From Mesotaenium endlicherianum (lineage: Eukaryota), in NCBI GenBank assembly GCA_009602735.1, contig WELA01000730.1, positions 151,583 through 198,425 of the forward strand: a stretch of DNA of 46,843 bases. Reading direction: 5' to 3'. Positions 11,803 to 21,785 of the stretch are shown here, piece after piece. Each line of letters opens with the position of its first letter. Positions within the stretch are counted from its first letter, which is position 1. Below the pieces are notes generated by a model. That model had not been told where the DNA came from and searched no databases. It was given only the letters and a program-made list of their open reading frames with translations. A program made the position numbers and the translations under genes.

Positions 11803-13353
11803 TCACTCTGGCTGACTTCTCTCTTCTGCAATCGAGTGTAGTATCGCGTGTAGGGGTGTTGCTTCCAATGCCGAGCAGAGGTCTAATGAAGCCTCATTCG
11901 AGGCCAGCTTCCTTGCAACAATCTTGGACAAGTCGGCAGCCGGTGCCTTTTGAGGCGAGGCGGCGGAGGCCTCGGATGGTGGGGCCAGAAACCTCCTCCC
12001 CCTCGTGGAGCTGGCAGCAGGCGGGACAGGCTTTGTGCGGGTAGATGACACCGGCGTGGCAAAGTCACTGGCGTCCTTCGATTCCTCCAATGCCAAGCTC
12101 TCAGTCGCCGCTGTAAGCTTCTCAATCGTCGCCAGGTGGTCCTCGGACTGCTGGGACTCCTCCAGCGCCAGGCTGGCAGTCGCCGTTGTGAGCTTCTCAA
12201 CCTTCTCAATCGTTGCCAGGTCGTCCTCGGACTGCTGGCACTTGTTGAATGTCCCCTCCTTCAGGCCTGAGCCGGAGCTGGCACCTTGGGCGGTGCTTTG
12301 GGTAGGCCCATTGCCGTTGCTCCCTTGGAAGTCACTATTTACCGGTACATCGACAGCGTGTGAGTAGGCAGCCCGAAGGGCCCTTATTATAGCCTCATGC
12401 TGCCTGGCCTCCCTATTCGTGAAGTCCCTATACCAGGTGAAGGTTCCTATATTGTCTTTGACCTCGTCCTTGACCTCGTCGGTCACTTTGGCCAATAATT
12501 TCTCCTGCTCGGCTATGCACTCTGACATTATATCAGATGCCTGTACAAGCGTAATGTGAGTGCTCTGCAGTCTAGTCTCGTCCACTAGTGTTGGCAGCTT
12601 CCTCTTGCTGCTTCCACCACCCGTCAGGAAGAATGCATTATATATGTCACATACTATTTGAGTCAGAGCCTGCAGGCACTGGCTATCAGGTATCTTAGCA
12701 GCCCGCGTACACCGAAACTTCCTTGCAGCACCGGCAGGATGTATACAGCTATGCATGACTACGCTGCCCTCCAGCGGGCTAGGCATTTTGGCCTTTATTA
12801 TGGAGCCCATGCTAGCAGCCTCTTTTCCCAGGCATACCATTGGAATGGACTCGAGGCCTGAAGCAGGCAGCAGTAAAGCGAGGAGCTTGGTCACGCACTG
12901 CACTATTGTTACACACTCGTTGTGGCTGTCACTGGTGCCCTTTTCAGAACATATCCTGGCGTCAAGTAGCAGTATCCCGTAGTCCAACAAGGCATAAGAT
13001 TGTTTGAAGATCATCATGGACACCTCATGGGCGTCATTGGGGCTGATGCCGAGCATTTCGGACAGCTGGCTACACATAGAATTCGCCAGAACTACCACGG
13101 ACGGAGGGTCATAGGAGCCCACATATGCAAATGGGGCCCCTATGTATGGTATAATGGACCTGTCTCTAAATCCATATGGACTTTGGCCTATAATCAGGCC
13201 TCTTATCATCCTAGTGGTAGGCCACCGGAGGGCGTACCTGATAAACCCAGTTAATGCCTCCTCATACCTATTCCTGCCTATGAGAGTCAGACTATGTATC
13301 ATGGAAGCAACAGCCCTGCATGCATCATCTGTATTGAAGCGTTCTTGCGCCAT
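11803..13353 (-). CDS. Intronless family-1 uracil-DNA glycosylase-like protein (poxvirus D4-like N-terminal domain, aa ~45-215) with a long helical/low-complexity C-terminal tail
   Basis: Ordered UNG motifs: IIGQSPY (cf. GQDPY), GAPF, PPS, GILLLD (cf. GVLLLN), SH, VCLGKEA, HPAGAAR; 516-aa uninterrupted ORF. Confidence 0.75.
   Translation of the reverse strand: MAQERFNTDDACRAVASMIHSLTLIGRNRYEEALTGFIRYALRWPTTRMIRGLIIGQSPYGFRDRSIIPYIGAPFAYVGSYDPPSVVVLANSMCSQLSEMLGISPNDAHEVSMMIFKQSYALLDYGILLLDARICSEKGTSDSHNECVTIVQCVTKLLALLLPASGLESIPMVCLGKEAASMGSIIKAKMPSPLEGSVVMHSCIHPAGAARKFRCTRAAKIPDSQCLQALTQIVCDIYNAFFLTGGGSSKRKLPTLVDETRLQSTHITLVQASDIMSECIAEQEKLLAKVTDEVKDEVKDNIGTFTWYRDFTNREARQHEAIIRALRAAYSHAVDVPVNSDFQGSNGNGPTQSTAQGASSGSGLKEGTFNKCQQSEDDLATIEKVEKLTTATASLALEESQQSEDHLATIEKLTAATESLALEESKDASDFATPVSSTRTKPVPPAASSTRGRRFLAPPSEASAASPQKAPAADLSKIVARKLASNEASLDLCSALEATPLHAILHSIAEERSQPE
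12083..12240 (-). repeat. Two-copy coding tandem repeat in the UDG-like tail
   Basis: QQSEDDLATIEKVEKLTTATASLALEES / QQSEDHLATIEKLTAATESLALEES. Confidence 0.85.
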
Positions 13354-13410
13354 TCTCGCTGAATTCCTAGATAACCTGACAGAGTCTCTAACGTAGACGA
13401 GAAGTTAGCT

Positions 13411-13825
13411 TCAGCCTAACAACTTTGCCAATTTTACCCCAAGCTCGCCTTCAATGCCCCCCTCACCCTCTGCCTTCGTGCGCCTTCCGGACTGGTGCCT
13501 ACGATGCTTTTGCCCTCCAATATTGTTGCCTTCAGTGCTTGTCGGCCTCGAATTCGCGATTGAACGTGGTGAGGTACCGAGGAACTTAACGCATAGTTGC
13601 GATGTGCTAAGAAGGAAAAGGACGTTCCACATCTCTGGACGAGCGTCTTAGCGAGGACATCTCGTCTGCTGCCTAATATGTGCCGGAACTCTTTCATCAC
13701 TCTAACGCCAAAGTCTTGGCCTAATTGCTCCTATTGCTGCATGCACGGCTTCTCGACCTCCAAGAAACATTCCCGTCTCAGAGCTTCTCGCTCAACATTC
13801 GAACATGCCTCGGAGTGGCCTATTC
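13411..13825 (-). pseudogene. Decayed ORF of unknown function immediately upstream of the UDG-like gene
   Basis: The frame of 13434-13700 extends upstream through one TAG (EREALRRECFLEVEKPCMQQ*EQLGQDFGVRVMKEF); a second overlapping frame ends at 13411. Confidence 0.3.
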
Positions 13826-14724
13826 ATCAGACAAGTACTCAGACAAGTTTGAATGGTGCATACCAGTGCATACTCACTCATACATGCAGCGTTAATCACG
13901 TGGTATTGATCCGAAGCAAGCTGCCACATGGACAATGCATCGAGTTATTGTATGTAATCTAAGGCGCACCCCACGCTGCCGCATGCTGCCCGACGCTCAG
14001 CTATAGTTCGAATTGGCCTGCACAGGCCTGCATGCATGCTCATTGTGTTATGACCTAGTCACGCAGTTAACTCCTCACACGTGCTAAGTTGACTCGCTAC
14101 ACTTGACTCGTCATATAGTTGACTTCATTCAAATACACCAGCTCAGCATGTACATTCAGTCAGCTAGTTCATCTAGTCAGCTAATAACTAGCGCCATTTA
14201 TTCTAGCTGTCAAGACAGCATGTTAAGAATACTTCACACAGATCAATAGCTGAGACCACTAGATCTTGCATCCTCTAGGATTGACATATATTCTAATCCA
14301 TCCATTCACATAGATGACGATGCAGCAGTTCAGTGATCAGCAGCTTAGACTGATCTTGCTACAGCTTCAATTCTTCATGTATAAATGATGACTCTCGCTA
14401 TTGCAAGATCATCCTTCAATCATTTAGCAAAGCTCCTTCAAGTCTTTACTTCTGTATCTACTAAGTACATGCTATCACGTTCCTCAGCTTAGACTACCTA
14501 GGCCCTAATGGCTGAAGGTAGTACTAACTCTTCCTTACACATTGCTCACCTAGCTTGCATGCTTATTTTCAGTATAGTTATAACTTACAATGTGTACCAC
14601 GCTTGATATGGTGGGACACGCGCTATCCGCGAAAGTGGCCGCGGGGTTCGAACTTCGGACTAATAATACGAGGCTCGGACCCTGGGCCTAGCAATGTCGC
14701 AACTGTCCTCCCTTCTGTGAGTAC

Positions 14725-15350
14725 GCTCGCTATCCCTCTTTCGTAAACCCCCCTATCCTTCTTCTCGTAACCCCCCGCCATCCCTCTTTTCGTCCGCCAT
14801 ACCCCCCTATCCTTTTTTCGTGATTCCCCCTATCCCTCTTCTCGTAACCCCCGCCATCCCTCTTTTCGTCCGCCATCACTCTTTTTGTACCCCCCTATCC
14901 CTCTTTTTGTAACCCCCCCTATTCCTCTTTTCGTAACCTCCGCCATCCCTCTTTTCGTCCACCATCTCTCTTTTCGTACCCCCCAAACCCACTTTTCGTA
15001 ACTCTCGCCATCCCTCTTTTCGTCCGCCATCCCTCTTTTCGTACCCTGCTATCCCTTTTTTCATAAGTCCTGGAGCCTACTATCCCTCTTTTCGTTACCC
15101 CCCCTATATCCCTCTTTTCATAACCCCCGCCATTCCTCTTTACGTCCGCTATCCCTCTTTTCCTACCCCCGGGCCCCCTATCCATCTTTTCGTAACCCCC
15201 GGCATCCCTCTTTTCCTCTGCCATCCGTCTTTTGGTACCCTGCTATTCCTTTTTCGTAACCTCTGGTATCTTCCAACGAAACCCCCGCCATCCCTCTTTT
15301 AGTACCCCTGCCTATCCCTTCTCTCGGCCACCCGGCGTTCCCCTCTTCGT
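14725..15350. repeat. Degenerate ~19-24 bp minisatellite, core ATCCCTCTTTTCGT(AACCCCC/CCGCC)
   Basis: More than 20 visible copies; strongly pyrimidine-rich + strand. Confidence 0.9.
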
Positions 15351-15900
15351 ATCTAACGGTCTGGATCGATGGATCGATGGCAAGCCTCTGTCGGTCAGAC
15401 CCGTAACGACAATTATGTGCATTGATGTGCTGTACTCTAAAAGTACGGTAACGTCTTGGCGTTCTTATCCGCCCGCGGGCATGCATCGTTGGGACTAGAC
15501 CCCTCGGATTCATAACTTTTTGTGTGTTATTTGCTACTTTGGATGCTAAATAACCCGACTCAAACCAAAGGGATGACGAATAAACGCGAAAAGGTGTTGC
15601 TCAACAACCTCGGGCTTTACAAATTTTTCGTTCGATTTATAACAGGATGTTTTTATGCACTCCAATAACGCCTAAATGATCCTTCCACATTTTTTTGGAT
15701 GTTCTCCGAGACCATCTGAAACCCTTGCTGTCGGGCAGAGGATGTCTTCAAAATCCACACTTTTGGCGAATCGAGGGGCCTGGTTGGGTTGCATGGGACC
15801 CATAGAGGTCCCCTCACTCTAAAAACTTCCAGAGCCCGAACGGCAGGATAATGACGCGGAAATGATAATGACGCCCACTTTTTCGAGCGTTCACTGCTAG

Positions 15901-17152
15901 TGTCGCGACTGCTATCCACTTGACGGTGCCGCATGCGCAGCGCAGGTCACGGCCGCCCAGGTACGGGAAGTCAACATTGACTCACCGACCAGAGTTATCT
16001 CAATCAGCGGTCAGGTCAAAGTTGTTATCACTGTCAAAGTGGTCACGACACGTCAAACCCACACCCAGGAATGGATGGGGATTTGGACGGAGTAGTCAGC
16101 CGAAAGGCTAGGGGTATGGAACCAGCAATGAGCCAGCCCAGCAAGTGCCAAGAAAGGTACTGATCAATCGGCTATCCAAGCCAAGTACAGCAGGGATGTT
16201 GTAAAGGCATTGTGTGCCACCTCGGCCAAGACCCTCAGGTGACTAGTCACAGCTTGAGCGTTCATCTTAAACGCTGCCAGCCAGCCACATAGGCGTGATT
16301 GTCAGCTGAAAGGCTAAGCGGTCACGCGCGATCATCCCAATGCATGCATGCACGCTGAATGACAACTTCTAAGCGGTGTGAGAATTGCAGGGTAAGGACG
16401 GCATGCAAGCTAAGCGCTGTGACTAAGCACTGGCATTCTCGAGAGAGGATAATGTGTGGTGTCCGTGAAAGGCACGAGTCCTGCCTGAAGCTGCCTCATT
16501 CTTGCTCGCATCGTTGTGAAAGGAAGCTGAAGAAGCAGAAGGAGCACAAAGAAGAAGGAGTTCCCAAGGCCATAGAAGAATCGGGCCGCCACGCTTCTGT
16601 CGACGCTGGAAGATTTCTTCCTAGTGTGTCATAGAAAAGTTAGACCTCAGGAGTTCCCAAGACAGGATCTCGCTGGTAGAAAGTAGAGAGCTGCAGAATA
16701 GAATCTGTCAGGAGATTAGCACATATTTGGTACAAATGCCACAAGCGTGCGAGGGACACTTAAAATGGTGAGTGCTGTGTTAGTTTCCAAGTTCTCAAAA
16801 GTCTCAATTGTCGAATTGCTGATAGAAAGAGTAGTATTAACAAGTAAAGCTCTCAGTGAAGAACTAAGTGAGCCCAGCCGAGCAGTGAAGAGCTGTGAAG
16901 GCGGTGTTGAGCAAAGAGCTCAGACCAGGCCAGCATAGATGTGCAGTTTCAGACTTTTGTAAGCCGTGACTTGCGAAAGTTAAGCGAAAACCTTGAAGGG
17001 CAATTTCTCTGAATCCGGCATTGCCTGTTAAGCTGCTTAAAAGTGATTTTTGCAAACTACAAACTTGTTCATTCTGTAAACCCTCAACTTGGGCAAAAGC
17101 CTGTGTGGAAGTAAGACGCTTCTGTTCTTACTTCTGAGAACTTCAGTGTTGA
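15901..17152 (+). mobile_element. Putative 5' LTR/leader of the DNMT-bearing retroelement
   Basis: Non-coding block starting TGTCG and ending GTTGAC-TGG just before the gag-like frame; no partner LTR in the window. Confidence 0.3.
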
Positions 17153-17161
17153 CTGGTTTAG

Positions 17162-19066
17162 GTGAGCAAGAATTCCCAAGTCAGCTGGGGATTGAGACCT
17201 GTGAAGGTTGCCGGTGTTCAACCTGGAAGGGGACCCGGAGAAATTCAACTGTATATGCGGTTGAGGAGTGAAAGACTCTACCACTCTGTGGAGCCTGCAG
17301 AAGGTTTTGATTCTAACCAGAGTCCACGAGGAAGTGAGACGTCTGAGCATATTGACAACCGATGGAGTGAGCAACCGTCGAGAGACAAGTCTCGTCATAT
17401 CTCCGCAGGCGGTGAGAACCCGGATAACACACGAGCCTTTGCACTTGATTTGGGCAGAGAGCAAGACGTGTGGGGTGAAGTCAGTAAGTCCTGGTCATCG
17501 TTCAAAATGGCCGGTGATGATTGGGATGAAAATCCTAAGTTCAAGCTATCTGCGAAGTGTTTTAGCGGACAAACCAGCGGAAACGGTCTCACTTTCGAAG
17601 AGTTTGATGAGATCTATTGGGCAGAATTCTTTGAGAAGATCCGGAAGGATTCTTCTTATTCGCAATTTGTCGCCTTTATAGGCTTGGTTCAGTACTTGGA
17701 CAAGGATGTCTTGCTGTTATATCGCCAATTCTGGAAGGATGAGAATCTCTCCCAGGAATGGGCTTGTGGAGAACAGAATAGGGCAAGGAATTTGAAAATC
17801 CAGAAAGAGGCTGCGAAAGCCCGAATGTCTGCTTTATCTTCAAGAAGAACAGTGCCAACTGCACCTGTTGAGAGCATAGACTTAGGTGCACTAACACAAG
17901 AATTAACAGAGGCCATGAGGCAACTCACTGAGGGCCAGCAAAGGGCAGCCACTCAGAATGATGATGCCGGCTCTGTCGCAGAATTGCAAAAGGTGTGTGC
18001 AGAACTGTCTGAAAAGATTGCTAATGCTCAGGAACGAGTAACACGCAAAGCTGCACCTCTCTATGGTCAGCAAGACAATAGCACCACGACAGAGGCAAGC
18101 CATGCGCAAGCCTTGGCTAGCTGTCGTAAGGATATGGAGGCTGGGGATGACCAGCTAGACTCCAAGCATTGCCTGCGTCGTTTCTTTAAATTGCTTGAAG
18201 CACGATTCCCAAAGGATCGCAGTCTTAAGGTACACCATTATGTGCATTTAATCCGTCAGAAGAACAAGACAATCATGGAGGTCAAATCCAGATTGGTAGA
18301 CCTCGCCAAAAAGGCAGAAATCGTTGAGTTGAAAGCTCAGTTTGCGGAACTAAACGAGCCCAATGTCTACTATGATGCAGATAGTGCAGAAAAGGCCGTC
18401 TACAAAGGCGAGAAGCTGATGCCTGAAAAGGCTGTGGACGCAACGGCTGCCGAGCAAGCAGATCACAACCGTCTGGTGCCAAGGAATGCTGGGAAGCTTC
18501 CTCAGACTTTCCGGATGACTTTGGATGAAAAGGAGATCTCGCAGCCACGACAGGCCAGGCCCGGGACGCGTAAGACATTTAGTTTTTTGCTGGAGAAGCT
18601 GAAGGCCCTGGTGGAACACCGGATCCAGCATGCTCCTTTGCTTTCTCTTGCTGATTTGCATATCACTTACCCATTCACGGTTGAAGAAGCCGGACACCAG
18701 CTGGATATAGCTGAGGAAGGTGCGGATAGCGCCTCATTGCCCACCAATTTCAGCACCGTGAGAGTGCAGAACAGGGATGGTGCATTAATCTTCAACAACT
18801 GGGCAGCTCCCAACATTCTGTTGGATACGGGTGCATAGCCAGTCATTTTGGGAAAGCGAGCCGTGAAAGCTCTGGGATTGACGACAAGGGACCTGAAAGA
18901 AAGTCCTTTCCAGCTGAGAATTGCCTCAGGACAAGTCTCAAAGTCTTGTGGGATTACCCGCAAGCCTGTGAAAATCACAGTAAATCCAAGGAAACCTGAA
19001 GAGGCGTCACTACTCATAGAGTGCACAGTGACGGAAGCAGAGAACTCTTGGGAACAGAAGCACTGA
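17162..19066 (+). pseudogene. Retroelement Gag-like plus retropepsin (aspartic protease) region, disrupted
   Basis: Long ORF (likely ATG 17507) reaching ILLDTGA*PVILGK with an in-frame TAG at 18836-18838; the same frame continues to ~19040, then a frameshift before the protease LLG motif. Confidence 0.75.
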
Positions 19067-20535
19067 TTCCCTTGGGTATGGTCATTGATCTGCGGAAGCA
19101 GAGGGTGACTTACCAGTCAACAGATTGGCAGCCGACAGGAGAAATTCGTGTGAAGATGGTTTGCACAGGAGAAGCAAACCACGGATTGCTAGACTGCTGC
19201 GTTAACGACAGGTACCCAGAAGCCGCTGACAACCTCATGAAGCAAGAAGAGGAAGGCTATACGAGCATCAACATGCCAACACCCTTAGTATGGCAACCCC
19301 GACTCATGAAGCAGCTGGAAACTGTGAGTAATAGGGACCGCGGCCCGCAAGAGTTGCTGCCAGTACCCTACCCAGTTACCTCCACTGCAAATTTAATGCC
19401 TAGAGTTGAGCCGCTGCCGCAAGGCATTGTCAGGATGGAAGATCCTTTTCGCAAAAGGGGAGTAGTGGTGTTGGAATTATTTGCCGGACTTGGGTCTCGG
19501 ACCATAGCATTGATCCAGCGAGGAATACAAGTGGCCAAAGTCCTGTATGTGGACAATGACGACCACGCTTTTCTAGCATTCAAAGAAGTCATGAGTCAGA
19601 TGCAGAAAATGCATTATTTTAAAGGATTGGCGCCCGCATATAGCGATGTCGAGCGCATTGCCGAAGGCAACATTATTGATGTAAAGCCTGAAGGCCTGTA
19701 TGGCTACAGGATTGACTGGATCTTTGCTGGATTTCCTTGTCACCCGTTTTCTCAAGCTGGAAACCGGAGGGGATTCAGTGATCCACGAGCACAACACTGG
19801 GGATGGATGGTGAAAATCATCAGCATGCTGCGGGAACGACAGCACTACTACCCATCAGTGTTTGTGATTGAGAATGTGCATCCAGGAATGGATTATAAGC
19901 AGATGAAGCCAGGAGAACCATGGCTGATTTTCGACTCCACTTTGGGCCATCATGTGCTAATCAACGACGCCAAGCACGAAGGATTATCCCATAGGGCCAA
20001 GATATTTTGGATCAACGGCATGTCTATTGAGGTCCTGAGAGAGATGGAGGACATTCCACGGCGACCACCAACAGCCTTGACAGTGGAAGAGGCGCTGGCG
20101 GTGCATACCAGACCAGTGGCCAGGAGGGATTTTTATCCACAGTGTGTCATCAACGAACCAGGTCAGCCAAGGGTGGTATTGCCATCCTTCACAGCATATC
20201 CAAAATCCCGAGCCTTCATAGAAGGTGGACCAAGAATGGTCAAAAACATGCATGAAAGAGACGCTGTTTGGAGAGGGCCCAGTGCGGTGGAGAAGGGCAA
20301 ATGCCTTGGAATACCCGACATCATAGCTCGTCATACAGCCGGTGCTGTAGGGTCAGATGAAGCTGCAAAGATTTTCGGCAACATGATTGGGCAACACTCT
20401 ATGACTTGGTTGGTAGAAACAATCATGACGTGGCAGCAGCTGACCTTCACTGACAAGCCTATGCAGAGGCCAAGACCAGTGACAATTGGGGTCAATGTGG
20501 TGCCAACGTCTGATCAGACATATACTTTTTTCTGA
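19021..20535 (+). CDS. C5-cytosine DNA methyltransferase domain of a retroelement polyprotein; truncated at ~20511 by another LTR
   Basis: Motif I LELFAGLG (19471-19494), IV AGFPCHPFS (PC at 19735-19740), VI FVIENV (ENV at 19870-19878), VIII HRAKIFW, X IFGN (~20377); preceded by the protease C-terminus ELLGTEAL. Confidence 0.9.
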   Translation: MHSDGSRELLGTEALIPLGMVIDLRKQRVTYQSTDWQPTGEIRVKMVCTGEANHGLLDCCVNDRYPEAADNLMKQEEEGYTSINMPTPLVWQPRLMKQLETVSNRDRGPQELLPVPYPVTSTANLMPRVEPLPQGIVRMEDPFRKRGVVVLELFAGLGSRTIALIQRGIQVAKVLYVDNDDHAFLAFKEVMSQMQKMHYFKGLAPAYSDVERIAEGNIIDVKPEGLYGYRIDWIFAGFPCHPFSQAGNRRGFSDPRAQHWGWMVKIISMLRERQHYYPSVFVIENVHPGMDYKQMKPGEPWLIFDSTLGHHVLINDAKHEGLSHRAKIFWINGMSIEVLREMEDIPRRPPTALTVEEALAVHTRPVARRDFYPQCVINEPGQPRVVLPSFTAYPKSRAFIEGGPRMVKNMHERDAVWRGPSAVEKGKCLGIPDIIARHTAGAVGSDEAAKIFGNMIGQHSMTWLVETIMTWQQLTFTDKPMQRPRPVTIGVNVVPTSDQTYTFF

Positions 20536-20987
20536 ATTTAAACTCATAGGACTACCTCTCCACAAAATTTCAAAATTTGAATATAAGTCTAACACTCAAA
20601 CGAGATCGTCACTTTGTGCCTCACGCACGTAGGACGCACACGCGCTCAACACGTATCAAGCTCCCGCGCCTACAAATGGCACATGCTTAAATTCCTGATC
20701 TGAAACTTGACTATGACTCAAGGCAGGCCTCATACTAGGCCTCTCACATCATGTAGGACTTCTAGTGAAAATATTACCCACTCTCTCCTAAGTAGGCAAA
20801 AAGTAGCCAAAATCTGCCAACTTCTACCCTCGCGCTCGCCTACTTGTAAAACCCTCAAACATAGACAGATTTGAGTATCTTCCAAGCTCTTGCTCTCAAA
20901 CTTCTTTCCACTTCACATCTCTTAGTTATAAATTAACTCATGGGACTGGCTTGACCCTGCTTACAAGCACTATAAACAACTATAACA
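20511..20987 (-). mobile_element. 3' LTR of a minus-strand, probably Ty1/Copia-type element
   Basis: On the minus strand TGTTATAG...TGATCA, preceded by PPT TGAGGGGGGGGAG (20988-21000); interrupts the DNMT ORF. Confidence 0.55.
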
Positions 20988-21785
20988 CTCCCCCCCCTCA
21001 TCATGAAGGTAAGGCGCTTACCACTCGACTATCCAAGTCCAGATTTTACGCCTCTCTCGTGCTTGCTTGTATAGGCGCTGATTCTCCTAGCTTCATGTCC
21101 AAGTCTTTGTCATATATCTCCAAATTAGACAGGACATATCAGTCCCATAACACTTGGTCTCCTCCTCATAGGTCCGTATCCACAAAGTCGTAGTCTCCAT
21201 CAAGCGACGATAGTAGTCTTCACAAGGCATGAGCGTGTAAGCTCGCCAAACTCCATCATAGTCTCCTTCTTGGCTAGATGCTCACTCCCACATACTCCTA
21301 GTCCTCCTTGAAGGTAAGCCTTGGCACCAGGCTCCAAGAAACACATTTGGAACACCTCCAAGAACTCCATAACTTGGGCATACGCACATACTCTTAGTTC
21401 TTGCACCTCATCTTGTGCACGCACACACATGGTCTTGCAAGCGGGCTTCTCTTGAGCTCACTTTCTAGGAGCTCCTCCACTTGAGCAGTTGGGGTCTGCT
21501 CTATATATGAGCAAGGGGATCATACACCTCTACTTGCTCCACCAGCGATGCGCGCTCGCCAAGGTTGTTAGGACGCACGCTTGCTACATGCGATGACCAG
21601 GCCAAGGTCACCAACACAAGCGCTTCTCCTTCACCTTCACCTTCCCGCGTCGCTTCTTTGCTAGCGGGCTGAAGATGGCTACTTGTGGTCTTATCTACCT
21701 CCACCTATTTCACTATCTTCACTTGACCATACTCCTCCTTGGTCTTCACTTGACCCGTGCACTAAAGCACTAGAGGATAGGCTAT
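20988..21785 (-). mobile_element. PPT and decayed internal remnant of the same element
   Basis: Polypurine tract abutting the LTR; stop-riddled sequence. Confidence 0.4.

Noticed and set aside
14635..14660. B-box-like GGTTCGAACTT near the minisatellite
   Set aside because: No properly spaced A box or tRNA fold; single occurrence
14725..15350. CRISPR-like array
   Set aside because: Degenerate contiguous units without unique spacers, eukaryotic context, no cas genes
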